A stretch of 64,000 nucleotides of DNA, from positions 106,944-170,943 of the forward strand of contig NZ_JASGEK010000010.1 in the NCBI RefSeq assembly GCF_047606445.1. The letters run 5' to 3'. The DNA is from Aeromicrobium sp. GTDB taxonomy: Bacteria; Actinomycetota; Actinomycetes; Propionibacteriales; Nocardioidaceae. A program made the position numbers and the translations under genes. Below are positions 45,174 to 55,242 of this stretch, piece by piece (positions within the stretch are counted from its first letter, which is position 1; every line of letters begins with the position of its first letter). The notes below the pieces were generated by a model. The model was not told where the DNA came from and ran no database searches. It saw only the letters and a list, made by a program, of their open reading frames with translations.

Positions 45174-46069
45174 GCAGTCGTCGTACCCGTGGTCTCGGTC
45201 GTGGCTTGGAGGCCCTCATCCCCCAGGGTCCCGAGGAGGCCGCGAGCACGGGACTCCAGGAGATCCAAGGCGCCCGCTTCGAGGAGCTGCCGCTCGATGC
45301 GATCACACCGAACCCGCGTCAGCCGCGCACGGTCTTCGACGAGGAGTCCATGGCTGAACTGGTCCACTCCATCAAGGAGATCGGCCTGCTGCAGCCGGTG
45401 GTCGTCCGGGAGATCGCGCCGGGCCGCTTCGAGCTCATCATGGGCGAGCGCCGCTGGCGGGCCAGTCGTGAGGCCGGCAAGGAGACCATCGCCGCAGTCG
45501 TCCGGGAGACCCAGGACGAGGATCTGCTGCGCGACGCGCTGTTGGAGAACTTGCACCGTTCTCAGCTGAACCCGCTGGAAGAGGCGTCGGCCTATCAGCA
45601 GCTGCTCGACGACTTCGGCTGCACGCACGAGGAGCTCGGTCGCCGGATCGGCCGCTCGCGTCCGCAGATCAGCAACACATTGCGACTTCTCAAGCTCACG
45701 CCGGCCGTCCAGCGCCGGGTCGCCGCCGAGGTCATCAGCGCCGGGCACGCTCGCGCGCTGGTGACCGTCGCCAACCCGGAGATCCAGGAGCGCCTTGCCA
45801 CGCGCGTCGTGGCCGAGGGGCTGTCGGTGCGGGCGTTGGAGGAGATCGTCTCGCTCACCGACGACGATGAGAAGCGACCCACCCCTGCGCGTAAGAAAGC
45901 CACAGTCTCCTCGCCTCGTGTCGAGGAGATCGCGAACCGTCTGTCCGAGCGCTTCGACACGCGGGTCAAGGTAGCGCTCGGCCGCTCCAAGGGTCGCATC
46001 ACCGTCGAGTTCGCGACTGTCGACGACCTCGAGCGCATCGTCGATCTGATGGACCCGAAGAAGGACTGA
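45170..46069 (+). CDS. parB: Chromosome partitioning protein ParB
   Basis: [60 protein letters not shown]. Confidence 0.98.
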   Translation: MSSRRTRGLGRGLEALIPQGPEEAASTGLQEIQGARFEELPLDAITPNPRQPRTVFDEESMAELVHSIKEIGLLQPVVVREIAPGRFELIMGERRWRASREAGKETIAAVVRETQDEDLLRDALLENLHRSQLNPLEEASAYQQLLDDFGCTHEELGRRIGRSRPQISNTLRLLKLTPAVQRRVAAEVISAGHARALVTVANPEIQERLATRVVAEGLSVRALEEIVSLTDDDEKRPTPARKKATVSSPRVEEIANRLSERFDTRVKVALGRSKGRITVEFATVDDLERIVDLMDPKKD

Positions 46070-46074
46070 GCACC

Positions 46075-46094
46075 TTGTCCACAGTTGTGGACAA
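46075..46094. promoter_or_regulatory. Inverted pair of DnaA boxes after parB
   Basis: TTGTCCACA-GT-TGTGGACAA. Confidence 0.8.
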
Positions 46095-46107
46095 GTTCGG
46101 TGGAAAG

Positions 46108-46145
46108 ACAAAGACCCTTGTCGATAGAACGACAAGGGTCTTTGT
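46108..46145. terminator. Bidirectional terminator between parB and trxA
   Basis: Perfect 16-bp stem acaaagacccttgtcg / cgacaagggtctttgt. Confidence 0.85.
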
Positions 46146-46156
46146 GTTCTCGCAGG

Positions 46157-46480
46157 TCAGAGGTGCTTGTCGATCTCCGCGAGCAGGCTCGACTTGGGAC
46201 GGGCGCCGGTGATCGAGGCGACCACCTCGCCCCCCTTGTAGAGGTTGACCGTCGGCAGACCGGTCACCCGGTAGGCGGCGGCCGTGGACGGGTTCGCGTC
46301 GGCGTCGATCTTGACGACCGTCAGCTGGCCCTCCTTCTCCTTCGCGATCTCCTCGAGGATGGGGGCGAGCTGACGGCACGGGCCGCACCAGGAGGCCCAG
46401 AAGTCGACGAGCACGGGCCCGTCGGCCTGCAAGACCTTCTCGGCGAAGTCGGCGTCGGTCACGTTGTCGAGTGTGGACAT
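46157..46480 (-). CDS. trxA: Thioredoxin
   Basis: LVDFWASWCGPCR. Confidence 0.97.
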   Translation of the reverse strand: MSTLDNVTDADFAEKVLQADGPVLVDFWASWCGPCRQLAPILEEIAKEKEGQLTVVKIDADANPSTAAAYRVTGLPTVNLYKGGEVVASITGARPKSSLLAEIDKHL

Positions 46481-46506
46481 GATTCTCCTCAGGGTGGATG
46501 TCGGTG

Positions 46507-47442
46507 TCAGTCGGTCAGGGCGGCCAGATAACGCTCGGCGTCGAGGGCTGCGGCACAGCCGCTGCCAGCGGCCGTGATGGCCTGGCGGTAGGTGTGGTCG
46601 ACGAGGTCGCCTGCGGCGAACACGCCGGTGAGGTTCGTCGCGGTGGAACCGCTCTGGACGAGCACGTACCCCTCGTCGTCGAGGTCGACCTGACCGGCCA
46701 ACAGCTCCGAGCGCGGGTCGTGGCCGATGGCGATGAACAGGCCGGACGCGTCGAGGCGACGGGTCTCCCCCGTGACTGTGTCGCGCAGGGTGACGGCCTC
46801 CAACTTGCCGTCGCCGTGCAGCTCCGCGATCTCGCTGTTCCAGGCGAACTCGATCTTCTCGTTCGCGGTGGCGCGGTCCTGCATGATCTTGGAGGCGCGC
46901 AGTTCGTCGCGACGGTGCACGAGGGTGACCTTCGAGGCGAAGCGGGTCAGGAAGGTGGCCTCCTCCAGCGCCGAGTCGCCGCCGCCGACCACGATGATCT
47001 CCTGCTCGCGGAAGAAGAAGCCGTCACAGGTGGCGCACCAGCTGACGCCGTGGCCGGACAGCTCGTCCTCCCGGTCGACGCCGAGCTTGCGGTAGCCCGA
47101 ACCCGTCGCCAAGATGACCGCGAGCGCCGAGTGCGCCGACCCGTCGGAGAGCTTCACCGTCTTGACGTCGCCGGTCAGGTCGACCGACACCACGTCGTTG
47201 GCGACCAGCTCCGCGCCGAAGCGCTCGGCCTGGGCGCGCAGGTTGTCCATCAGCTCCGGGCCCATGATGCCCTCGGGGAAACCGGGGAAGTTCTCGACGT
47301 CGGTGGTGTTCATCAGCGCGCCGCCGGCAGTCACCGACCCCTCGAAGACCAGCGGCTCCAGACTGGCCCGGGCGGCGTAGATCGCCGCAGTGTAGCCGGA
47401 AGGACCGGAACCGATGATGATCAGATTGCGTACGTCGCTCAT
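46507..47442 (-). CDS. trxB: Thioredoxin reductase
   Basis: [43 protein letters not shown]. Confidence 0.98.
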   Translation of the reverse strand: MSDVRNLIIIGSGPSGYTAAIYAARASLEPLVFEGSVTAGGALMNTTDVENFPGFPEGIMGPELMDNLRAQAERFGAELVANDVVSVDLTGDVKTVKLSDGSAHSALAVILATGSGYRKLGVDREDELSGHGVSWCATCDGFFFREQEIIVVGGGDSALEEATFLTRFASKVTLVHRRDELRASKIMQDRATANEKIEFAWNSEIAELHGDGKLEAVTLRDTVTGETRRLDASGLFIAIGHDPRSELLAGQVDLDDEGYVLVQSGSTATNLTGVFAAGDLVDHTYRQAITAAGSGCAAALDAERYLAALTD

Positions 47443-47530
47443 ATCCGCTCTTTCGCTGGTGACGCCTGGTGCAACACAGCCTAGTCGCGCGCGATTCCCG
47501 CCCCGCCGCGCTCGTCTGGCGCGAGACGGC

Positions 47531-49123
47531 TCAGGAGACGCCGTCGATGCGGAGTTCGGCGATCTCCGCCCGGAACTCCCCCGTGTCGACCTGCGGCAGA
47601 GAGGTCAGCCAGACCACGACATAACGGGTCATCGTGGTCTGCGGAACGCTCACGGTGACATCGGTGCCGGCGCTCTCGACCGAGGCGACCGAGGTGAGTC
47701 GGGACAGATCTTCCGGCGCTCCGTCGGTGCCCGGCGGAGCGGTGAAGATCTGCAGGCTGGTCGGCGAGCCGATCAGATTGAGCCGCACAGAGTCGATCTG
47801 TCGGGTCGCACCAAGGTCGATGAGCAGCCCGACGCCGTCCTTGAGCCCGCCGAGATCGGCGCGCGACCGATAGGTGGAGGTGGTCCACGCCGTCTCGGGA
47901 TCGCCGTCGGTGACGAAGGACAGCTTCTGCGGCGACTCCCGACCGTCACCGTGAGGGTCGAAGTCGGTGATGGAGTCGAAGGTCAGCGGGTGGACCTCGC
48001 CCGACGTCTGGGTGATCGGGTCGGCGTCGTCGCTGCTGTGTTGCAGGACGGCGACTGCGGCGATGACCACTACGAGTGCGAGGATGCCGACCGTGCCGAG
48101 AGCCACGAGGCCACGGGCTCCGTGCAGCATCTTGAGAGCCTGCTCTTTGCCCTTCTCCACTGTGGTCGGCGGAGGCGGCTCCGAGGATTTCGGTCGAGGC
48201 CGGGGCGGGCGCAGGCCCGGCGGCGGCTCCAACGGCTCGACGACCGGGTCGTAGCGGACGAGGTCGGGCGCCGGGGCGGCGTCGGGGGTGGCGAGTTCGG
48301 CCTCCTCCAGCCGGGTGGCGATCTGTTTGAGCTTCGCGGCGACTTGCGAGGCGGTCGTCAGCGGAGGGCGGGTCGAAGAGGAGTCGCCGCGGATGCGGTC
48401 GTACACCGCGTCGAGTTCACGGTCGATGCCCGCGCGCACCTGGCCGGGGCGCAGCTCGCGGCCGTGCTCGGTGGGGGCGGCGCGCAGCCCGTCGACGCTG
48501 CCGCCCGGCCAGCGGCTGGCGAGGCAGACGTACAGCAGTTTGCCGAGCCCCCGCACGTCGAGCCGTTCCAATTCCTCCAGGTCGGGCGGGTCGTCGTGCG
48601 AGGACACCGGCGCCAGGGCGGTGGCGACGCCCAGTCCGACCACCCGCACTGCGCCGGACTTCTTCAACAAGACGTGGCGGGGGGCGAGGCGTCGGTGGAA
48701 CTGGCCGTCCTTGTGGGCGCACGCCAACGCTTCGGCGACCTCGGCGACGACGGCCGCCGCCCGGGCGCTGGGCAGGGGTCCCTGGGCGAGCACCGAGCTC
48801 AGGGTGTAGGCGCGAGCCCACTCCCGCACGACCATGTGGTGGCCCTGCTCGTCGGGAAGGAGGTCGAGCACCCGGAGGAAGCGCGGATCGGAGACGGTGG
48901 TCGACCGTCGGGCCGCGTCGAGGAAGCGGTCGGCGCGCGGGTCGTCGCTGCGCAGCAGTTCCAAGCCGACGCTGCGCGACAGGACGCTGTCGTGCGCACG
49001 CCAGGTGATCGACCCCGCGTGCTCGTGGACGAGGTCTTGCAGGTGATAACGCTGGGCGACGACATCACCGGAGACCAGGGTCCGACGTTCGAGCATGCCA
49101 CGCACCTCCTTGCCGAAAGGCAA
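47531..49123 (-). CDS. Kinase-like (MviN-associated pseudokinase type) membrane protein with extracellular beta-sandwich
   Basis: [37 protein letters not shown] (degenerate catalytic loop), one TM, C-terminal [18 protein letters not shown] discoidin-like domain. Confidence 0.8.
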   Translation of the reverse strand: MPFGKEVRGMLERRTLVSGDVVAQRYHLQDLVHEHAGSITWRAHDSVLSRSVGLELLRSDDPRADRFLDAARRSTTVSDPRFLRVLDLLPDEQGHHMVVREWARAYTLSSVLAQGPLPSARAAAVVAEVAEALACAHKDGQFHRRLAPRHVLLKKSGAVRVVGLGVATALAPVSSHDDPPDLEELERLDVRGLGKLLYVCLASRWPGGSVDGLRAAPTEHGRELRPGQVRAGIDRELDAVYDRIRGDSSSTRPPLTTASQVAAKLKQIATRLEEAELATPDAAPAPDLVRYDPVVEPLEPPPGLRPPRPRPKSSEPPPPTTVEKGKEQALKMLHGARGLVALGTVGILALVVVIAAVAVLQHSSDDADPITQTSGEVHPLTFDSITDFDPHGDGRESPQKLSFVTDGDPETAWTTSTYRSRADLGGLKDGVGLLIDLGATRQIDSVRLNLIGSPTSLQIFTAPPGTDGAPEDLSRLTSVASVESAGTDVTVSVPQTTMTRYVVVWLTSLPQVDTGEFRAEIAELRIDGVS

Positions 49124-49141
49124 GTCTAGAGGGCTCGCCGA

Positions 49142-52100
49142 CTATTCCGTAGGTGACATGCGTGACGCTCGGCGGCGGAGGAGGGTTGTGACCCGGGTGA
49201 CCTCGGTCAGTCGGACGACACGGGCCGCGATCAGCAGCGTCGCCGCGCCGACCGCGCCGGCCAGGGCCAGCACGGCGAGCGCTCCGAGCGGCGTCTCGCC
49301 GTCGAGGCCGACCGCGTCGAGCAGCGTCGCCGCGCCGCGTAGCGCCGCAGCCGTCGCCGCGCAGGCGGCCGTCAGGCGGACGAGGAAGCCGAGGGTGGGT
49401 CGGTCGATGATCGTCCCGCAGCGCCGTGATTGCAGCCAGAGGGCGGCGAGGCTGCCGACGAGATAGGCCGTCGACCACGCCCAGGCGAGGCGTGAGGCGA
49501 CCTGGTGCGGGTCGGCGTCGCGGGTGAACGCCATCGCGGCGGCCAGGTTCGTCGCCGCGACGACGAGCTGCAGGAAGAACGGCGTGCGGGTGTCCTCGGC
49601 TGCGTAGAAACCGCGCAGCATCACGAAGTGCAGACAGAACAGCACCATCGACGGGGCGAAGGCGACGACGGTGGTGCCGATCGCCTCGGCCTGTCCCGGA
49701 GTCGTGCCGAGTGCGATGGCGGTCGCCGCCGGCGTCGCGAGGCAGGCCGCCGCCACGGCGAGCGGCATGATGAGGGCGAGCGCGGTGCGCAGCGTCCGAC
49801 GAAGTTCCTCGCCCAGCAGGTCCGGGCGACGGTCGATGGCGAGGCTGGCCAGCGTCGGCATGATGGCGGTGACGAGCGAGACCGTGATGACGCCGTGCGG
49901 CAGCTGGCTGATGAGGAAGCCGAAGTTGTAGACCGTCGACCCGGCCCCGCCCTCCCCTGCGGAGGCTCCGTCGAGGCTGCCGCTGGTCGCGAGACGGTTC
50001 ACCGTGATGAAGGTGATCTGGTTGACGATGACGAAGGCGAGCGTCCACCCGCCGAGTCGGAGCGTGTGGCCGAGTCCGACGCCTCGGAAGTCGAAGCGCG
50101 GCCGATAGCGGAAGCCGGTGGCGCGCAGGCAGGGCACGAGCACGGCCGCCTGGGCAGCGATGCCGAAGGTCGAGCCGAGCCCTAGCAGCAGGGCTTCGTC
50201 GAAGGTGAAGCCGTCGTTGCCGCCGCTGCGTCCGAAGACGACCATGTAGGCGATCAGTGTGGAGCCGGCGACGATGTTGTTGAGGATCGGCGCCCACATC
50301 ATCGGGCCGAAGCGACCTCGCGCGTTGAGCACCTGGCCGACCAGCAGAAAGGCTCCGTAGAAGAACACCTGCGGCACGCACAGATACATGAGCCACAGGG
50401 CCGACTGCCGCTGGTCGGCGAAGGTCTCGGTGAACAGCGCCCCGTCGAAGACCACGCGCACGAGAACAGGCGCGGCCGCGACCAGGACCACGGTGGCCGT
50501 GCCCAGCACCAGCAGGCCGAGCGTCATGATGCGGTGGGCGTAGGCCGCGCCGCCGTCGGAATCCTGCTTCATCGCGCGGACGAGCTGCGGTACGAGCACG
50601 ACGTTGAACACACCGCCTGCGACCAGGATGTAGAGCGCGTTGGGCACGGTGTTGGCGCTGTTGAAGAGGTCGCCGTTCAGGCCGGTGCCGATCACCCAGA
50701 TGAGGAGGAGGTCGCGCAGGAAGCCGGTGGCCCGTGAGACGAGAGTGCCGAGCGCCATCCAGGCGCTGGCGCGGCCGACCTCGCGGGTGGTCTGGGGGGC
50801 GGTGGGGGCGGCCGTCTCCTTGCCGACCGACTCGGAGTCCTCGTCGCCGCCGGGGACGTCGCTGTGTTTGAAGCGCTGCCAGAGGCGCCGCGCCACGGCG
50901 AGCGCCAGCAGGCCACTCGCGACGCCCATGACGATCCAGACGACCATCCCGGTGTTGCTGGAACGGACGTTGAAGCGCGCCGCCTGTCCGAACGGCAGGC
51001 CCTCCGGGGTGACGAGCTGAGTGGTCAGCGACGTGGTGTTCTGCCGACCGACGTCGATGGGCACGGTGACCGTGGTGCGGGCGCCGGCGGGCACCTCGAC
51101 ATCGCTGAGGTCGTCGACGCGGAGTTGCGGATTGGTCGAGCTGACCGAGACGCCCACGCGGATCGTCTGGCTCGTGGGGTTGTGGATGGTGAGTGGCACC
51201 TGTCCGTGACGACCGGCGAGCAGGAAGCTGGGCGGCCCTTCGATGGCGGGTTGCCGCAGCTCGGACTCGATGGCGGTGCGGCGGTCGGCCGCCGCGGCGA
51301 CGGCGTCGTCGGGACGGTCCCGCCATGCGACCCCGAGGAGGTCGACGATGAGGGCGTGGTCAGCCGCCACCGCCTCATCGTCGACGGAGATCGACGCCAG
51401 CTTGTCCACGACCGATCCGAGTCGGCGGACCTCGTCGACGACGACGGTGGAGACAGGGGCTGAGTCGGGCGGGCTGAGGGTCTCCTCGGGCACCGGCACG
51501 ACGCCGAGGTCGGGCAGGCCGGACGTCAGGTCGGCGAGGGTCCACGCTGCGGCGAGGTCGGCCTCGCGCCAGTGTGCGCCCGGATCCCAGCCCGGCGCCG
51601 TGATGACGAGCGCGTCGGCGCGCGAGGCCGGGTCGTCGGCGCGTCCGCGCGCGGCGAGGTCGGCCTCGGCGAGCAACAGCTGGCGCAGCGTCACGGCCGT
51701 CACGGCGCCGGGTAGCGCGGCGGTGAGGTCGTGGCGCAACAGCGTCGGCGCGCCGCCGACGAGTGTGAACGAGCCGTCTGAGGGCCGCCAGTCGGCGAGG
51801 TCGTCGGCGTTCGCGATGTACGGTTGGTCGGTGCCGAGGGCTGACAACAGTGCTCCGCTCATCCCGCCGTCCTCGATCCATCGGACGGACGGGACGCTCA
51901 GCCCGTGGTCGTCGAGCGCGCGTCGTGTGACCGTGTCGGTGATCGTGCGCAGCGAGGCGGTGCCGGTCGCCGCAGACAGCGCGGTGAGGTCGGGCAGGCC
52001 GTAGCCGGTGGTCAGCGTCGGCAGGGCGGTGATCGTGCTCCGCAGACGGTCGTCGAAGGCGACGAGCTGCTCGTGGTCTTGTGGATGGTCGCGCGCGAAG

Positions 52101-52849
52101 GCCTCGTCGTCGGCGAGCGCGCCGACGAGGTCGAGGAGGTACGGGTCGAGCACGATGCCCGCAGCGCCACGGGGCAGCGTCTTCACCAGGTCGAGGCTGC
52201 GTCCCAGCGGGCCGTCGGGGCTCACTGCGTCGACCAGCTCCCTCGGGTCGGCCGGGGTGGCGGCTCCGGCCAGACGGACCGGCGCGGCCAGGGTCACCAT
52301 CAGCGCGCTGGGGACGGACGGTAGTCCGTCCGAGGTCAGCGGCACGAGTGTGGCGGCCTTCCCGAGGGAGAGCTCGTCGCCGACGAGCTCGACGCCAACG
52401 GGATAGACGCCGGGCCCGCCGGTGATGTCGAGACGGTCCCAGGGGACGGTGATCGAGAAGGACGCGGTCTGTCCGGGAGCGAGGTTGCCGATCTCGCTGG
52501 TCGCTGCCGGGTCGGCCACCGGCGAGCCGGTGGCGTCGGGATCGTTCTCGAGCTCGTCGACCAGCTCGGCGCGGTCGGTGAACGGCCGGGGCGCGATGGA
52601 GGCCTGCACCCGGGTGTCGGACCAGGCAGCGTCGTCGTCATTGCGCACCGTGCCGGCGACGACGAGCGGCTGGCCGGAGGTCAGGCGGGGCGACACGGCG
52701 GTGATCGTCACGGTGAGGCGGGCGTCCTCCTCGACTGCGTGGACGGACGGCGTGACGGAGCCCCCGACGACGAGGCCGAGCAGCAGAGCGGCGAGCCACA
52801 CCGCGACAGCCTTGCCCCGAAGGCGTCTTGTCGGGCGTCGGTGGCTCAC
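49142..52849 (-). CDS. murJ: DUF6049-like domain fused to lipid II flippase MurJ
   Basis: Signal peptide and GVYPVGV DUF6049-like region, a TM, then in frame MALGTLVSRATGFLRD, ANTVPNALYILVAGGVFNVVLVPQL and RGFYAAEDTRTPF. TACCAT -10 lies 6 nt before GTG 52849. Confidence 0.85.
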   Translation of the reverse strand: MSHRRPTRRLRGKAVAVWLAALLLGLVVGGSVTPSVHAVEEDARLTVTITAVSPRLTSGQPLVVAGTVRNDDDAAWSDTRVQASIAPRPFTDRAELVDELENDPDATGSPVADPAATSEIGNLAPGQTASFSITVPWDRLDITGGPGVYPVGVELVGDELSLGKAATLVPLTSDGLPSVPSALMVTLAAPVRLAGAATPADPRELVDAVSPDGPLGRSLDLVKTLPRGAAGIVLDPYLLDLVGALADDEAFARDHPQDHEQLVAFDDRLRSTITALPTLTTGYGLPDLTALSAATGTASLRTITDTVTRRALDDHGLSVPSVRWIEDGGMSGALLSALGTDQPYIANADDLADWRPSDGSFTLVGGAPTLLRHDLTAALPGAVTAVTLRQLLLAEADLAARGRADDPASRADALVITAPGWDPGAHWREADLAAAWTLADLTSGLPDLGVVPVPEETLSPPDSAPVSTVVVDEVRRLGSVVDKLASISVDDEAVAADHALIVDLLGVAWRDRPDDAVAAAADRRTAIESELRQPAIEGPPSFLLAGRHGQVPLTIHNPTSQTIRVGVSVSSTNPQLRVDDLSDVEVPAGARTTVTVPIDVGRQNTTSLTTQLVTPEGLPFGQAARFNVRSSNTGMVVWIVMGVASGLLALAVARRLWQRFKHSDVPGGDEDSESVGKETAAPTAPQTTREVGRASAWMALGTLVSRATGFLRDLLLIWVIGTGLNGDLFNSANTVPNALYILVAGGVFNVVLVPQLVRAMKQDSDGGAAYAHRIMTLGLLVLGTATVVLVAAAPVLVRVVFDGALFTETFADQRQSALWLMYLCVPQVFFYGAFLLVGQVLNARGRFGPMMWAPILNNIVAGSTLIAYMVVFGRSGGNDGFTFDEALLLGLGSTFGIAAQAAVLVPCLRATGFRYRPRFDFRGVGLGHTLRLGGWTLAFVIVNQITFITVNRLATSGSLDGASAGEGGAGSTVYNFGFLISQLPHGVITVSLVTAIMPTLASLAIDRRPDLLGEELRRTLRTALALIMPLAVAAACLATPAATAIALGTTPGQAEAIGTTVVAFAPSMVLFCLHFVMLRGFYAAEDTRTPFFLQLVVAATNLAAAMAFTRDADPHQVASRLAWAWSTAYLVGSLAALWLQSRRCGTIIDRPTLGFLVRLTAACAATAAALRGAATLLDAVGLDGETPLGALAVLALAGAVGAATLLIAARVVRLTEVTRVTTLLRRRASRMSPTE

Positions 52850-52884
52850 CGGGCCATGGTAGGCGGTCCGTAGACTCTGGCTCC

Positions 52885-54306
52885 GTGTCCTCACCGTCTT
52901 CCGCGTCCGACCGTCTCGCCGCACTTCTGCGACGAGAGAGCGTGCTGACCGAGCTGGGCGGGCTTTTCGCCGCCGCCGGCCACGAGATCGCTTTGGTCGG
53001 CGGGCCGGTGCGCGACGCCCTGCTGGGACGTCCGGGCAATGACTGGGACCTCACGACGTCGGCACGGCCGGAGCAGATCGAACAGGTCGTGGCCGGCTGG
53101 GCCGACGCGGTGTGGGACATCGGCCGCGACTTCGGCACGATCGGCCTGCGCAAGGGTGGCGCGCAGCTGGAGATCACCACGTACCGCAGCGACCAGTACG
53201 ACGGGGAGACCCGCAAGCCGGTCGTGGCCTTCGGCGACACGCTGGAGGGCGACCTCTCGCGCCGTGACTTCACCGTCAACGCGATGGCCCTGGTGCTGTC
53301 CACCGGCGAGTTGGTCGACCCCTTCGACGGGCGCGGCGCGTTGACGCGTCGTCAGTTGACCACGCCGGTGACCGCCCAACAATCCTTCGACGACGACCCG
53401 CTGCGCATGATGCGGGCCGCGCGGTTCGTGGCGCAGCTTGGTTTCACGGCCGACGACGACGTGGTCGAGGCGATGCGACGTCAAGCCGACCGTTTGCAGA
53501 TCGTCTCGGCCGAACGCGTCCGCGACGAGCTCGACAAGCTGATCTGCGCGGCCGACCCGGTGGCGGGACTGCGGCTCATGGTCGACACGGGTCTGGCCGA
53601 CCAGGTCATCCCGGAGGTCGCGGCGCTGCGGGACACGACCGACGAGCACCGTCGCCACAAGGACGTCTACGAGCATTCGCTGACGGTGTTGGAACAGGCG
53701 GTGGCGCTGGAGGGACGGCTCGACAGCCAGCCTGACCTCGTCATCCGGCTGGCGGCGGTGCTGCACGACATCGGCAAGCCGCGCACCCGCCGTTTCCAGT
53801 CCGACGGCTCGGTGACTTTCCACCATCACGATGTCGTCGGCGCGAAGATGACCCGCAAGCGCCTGGGCAAGCTGCGCTACAGCAACGAGGTCACCGACCA
53901 GGTGTCGAAGCTGGTGGAGTTGCACCTGCGCTTCCACGGGTATGGGTCGGGGGTGTGGACCGACGCGGCGGTGCGACGGTATGTGCGCGACGCGGGGGAT
54001 CTGCTCGACCGCTTGCACGTGCTGACCCGCGCCGACTGCACGACCCGCAACGCGCGCAAGGCGATGCGGCTGCAGCGCACCTACGACGACTTGGAACGGC
54101 GTATCGCCGAGTTGCGCGAGCGCGAGGAGATCGACTCGATCCGTCCCGACCTCGACGGCACGCAGATCATGGAGATCCTGGGCATCTCCCCCGGCCGCGA
54201 GGTCGGCGAGGCCTACCGCTTCCTGCTCGACCTGCGCATGGACCGCGGCCCCCTCGGCGAGGACCAGGCCGCCGAGGCCCTGCGCGCCTGGTGGGCCGCC
54301 CGCTAA
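52885..54306 (+). CDS. cca: CCA tRNA nucleotidyltransferase with HD domain
   Basis: LVGGPVRD, DWDLTT, DLSRRDFTVNAMA, FDDDPLRMMRAARF, HKDVYEH, LHDIGKP. Confidence 0.96.
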   Translation: MSSPSSASDRLAALLRRESVLTELGGLFAAAGHEIALVGGPVRDALLGRPGNDWDLTTSARPEQIEQVVAGWADAVWDIGRDFGTIGLRKGGAQLEITTYRSDQYDGETRKPVVAFGDTLEGDLSRRDFTVNAMALVLSTGELVDPFDGRGALTRRQLTTPVTAQQSFDDDPLRMMRAARFVAQLGFTADDDVVEAMRRQADRLQIVSAERVRDELDKLICAADPVAGLRLMVDTGLADQVIPEVAALRDTTDEHRRHKDVYEHSLTVLEQAVALEGRLDSQPDLVIRLAAVLHDIGKPRTRRFQSDGSVTFHHHDVVGAKMTRKRLGKLRYSNEVTDQVSKLVELHLRFHGYGSGVWTDAAVRRYVRDAGDLLDRLHVLTRADCTTRNARKAMRLQRTYDDLERRIAELREREEIDSIRPDLDGTQIMEILGISPGREVGEAYRFLLDLRMDRGPLGEDQAAEALRAWWAAR

Positions 54307-54330
54307 CGCTCGATCGGTGCGCGCGGGTGC

Positions 54331-54621
54331 TCAGCCTGACGCCACCGAGGTCTCGTCTGAGACGCGCCGCGTTTCTGCGAAGAGCGCGCGCAGTTCGGGT
54401 GACCCCGAGTGGGCCGTGTCGAGAGCTTCTTCGATCTGGCGGATGTCGGCGGTGGACAGACGCAGAAGATGCCGCTCGATCAACACCGAGCGAGCGCGCG
54501 AGGTCGCCGCGTCGAGGATGAACGACGTGGTGTCTTGCTGTGTCAGCGCGGCCGCTTCTGTGATCTGGCTTTTCGCTTCGGATGAGACACGCAGTTGGAT
54601 TCGCTCGGATTTGTTCGTCAT
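54331..54621 (-). CDS. DUF1778 RHH antitoxin (TacA/AtaR-like)
   Basis: KSERIQLRVSSEAKSQITEAAAL....TSFILDAATSRARSVL...LRLS......IEEALD. Confidence 0.88.
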   Translation of the reverse strand: MTNKSERIQLRVSSEAKSQITEAAALTQQDTTSFILDAATSRARSVLIERHLLRLSTADIRQIEEALDTAHSGSPELRALFAETRRVSDETSVASG

Positions 54622-54655
54622 GTCTGACCACCATCGTGTGTACGTGGTACGTACG

Positions 54656-55189
54656 TTAGTGGGATGGCCTGCTTCCGTCAAGGGAGGCGCGGATGGTCTG
54701 TGTCGGGAGGAACATGCGGCGTCCGTCGCCGTGAAGGAGTTGGAAGCCGTGGCGTCGATAGAAAGCGACGGCGTTGTCATCGATCGCGTCCACCAGGAGA
54801 ACTTCGGAAGCTGAATGCTCCAGTGCCACGAGCACATGCTCCATTGCTCTCACAAGCAAGAGTTTGCCCAGCCCTCGGTTCTGTGCTCCGCTGGCGACAG
54901 CCAGACGGGCCAGCAAGGTGGCGGGCATGGGATAGCGATATCGACGGTTCAGCACGAGCGTGGCCTCGGAGGGCACTATCTGATAATTCAGGAGGGAAAA
55001 GTACCCGTAGATCTGACGGGACGCCTCAAGTCGGTCGACGAGAAGGAATGTCCTGGCCCTGTTGAGTCGTTCGTTCTGCCCGGCGTGGCGCTGAAGCCAG
55101 GTGTCCATCGATTCATGACCGCAGGCGAAGGACGTGTAGTCGTATCTCTTGCTCTGATAAGGCACGAGTTTGAGCAAACGGGGGTTCAC
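54656..55189 (-). CDS. GNAT acetyltransferase toxin (TacT/AtaT-like)
   Basis: FACGHESMDTWL, YGYFSL, PATLLARLAV, QNRGLGKLLL, LVDAIDDNAVAFYRRHGF. Confidence 0.9.
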   Translation of the reverse strand: MNPRLLKLVPYQSKRYDYTSFACGHESMDTWLQRHAGQNERLNRARTFLLVDRLEASRQIYGYFSLLNYQIVPSEATLVLNRRYRYPMPATLLARLAVASGAQNRGLGKLLLVRAMEHVLVALEHSASEVLLVDAIDDNAVAFYRRHGFQLLHGDGRRMFLPTQTIRASLDGSRPSH

Positions 55190-55242
55190 GTCGTCGACGT
55201 TAGGCGGATGACGCGCGCTTCCTCAAGGAAAATGTCGACTCG

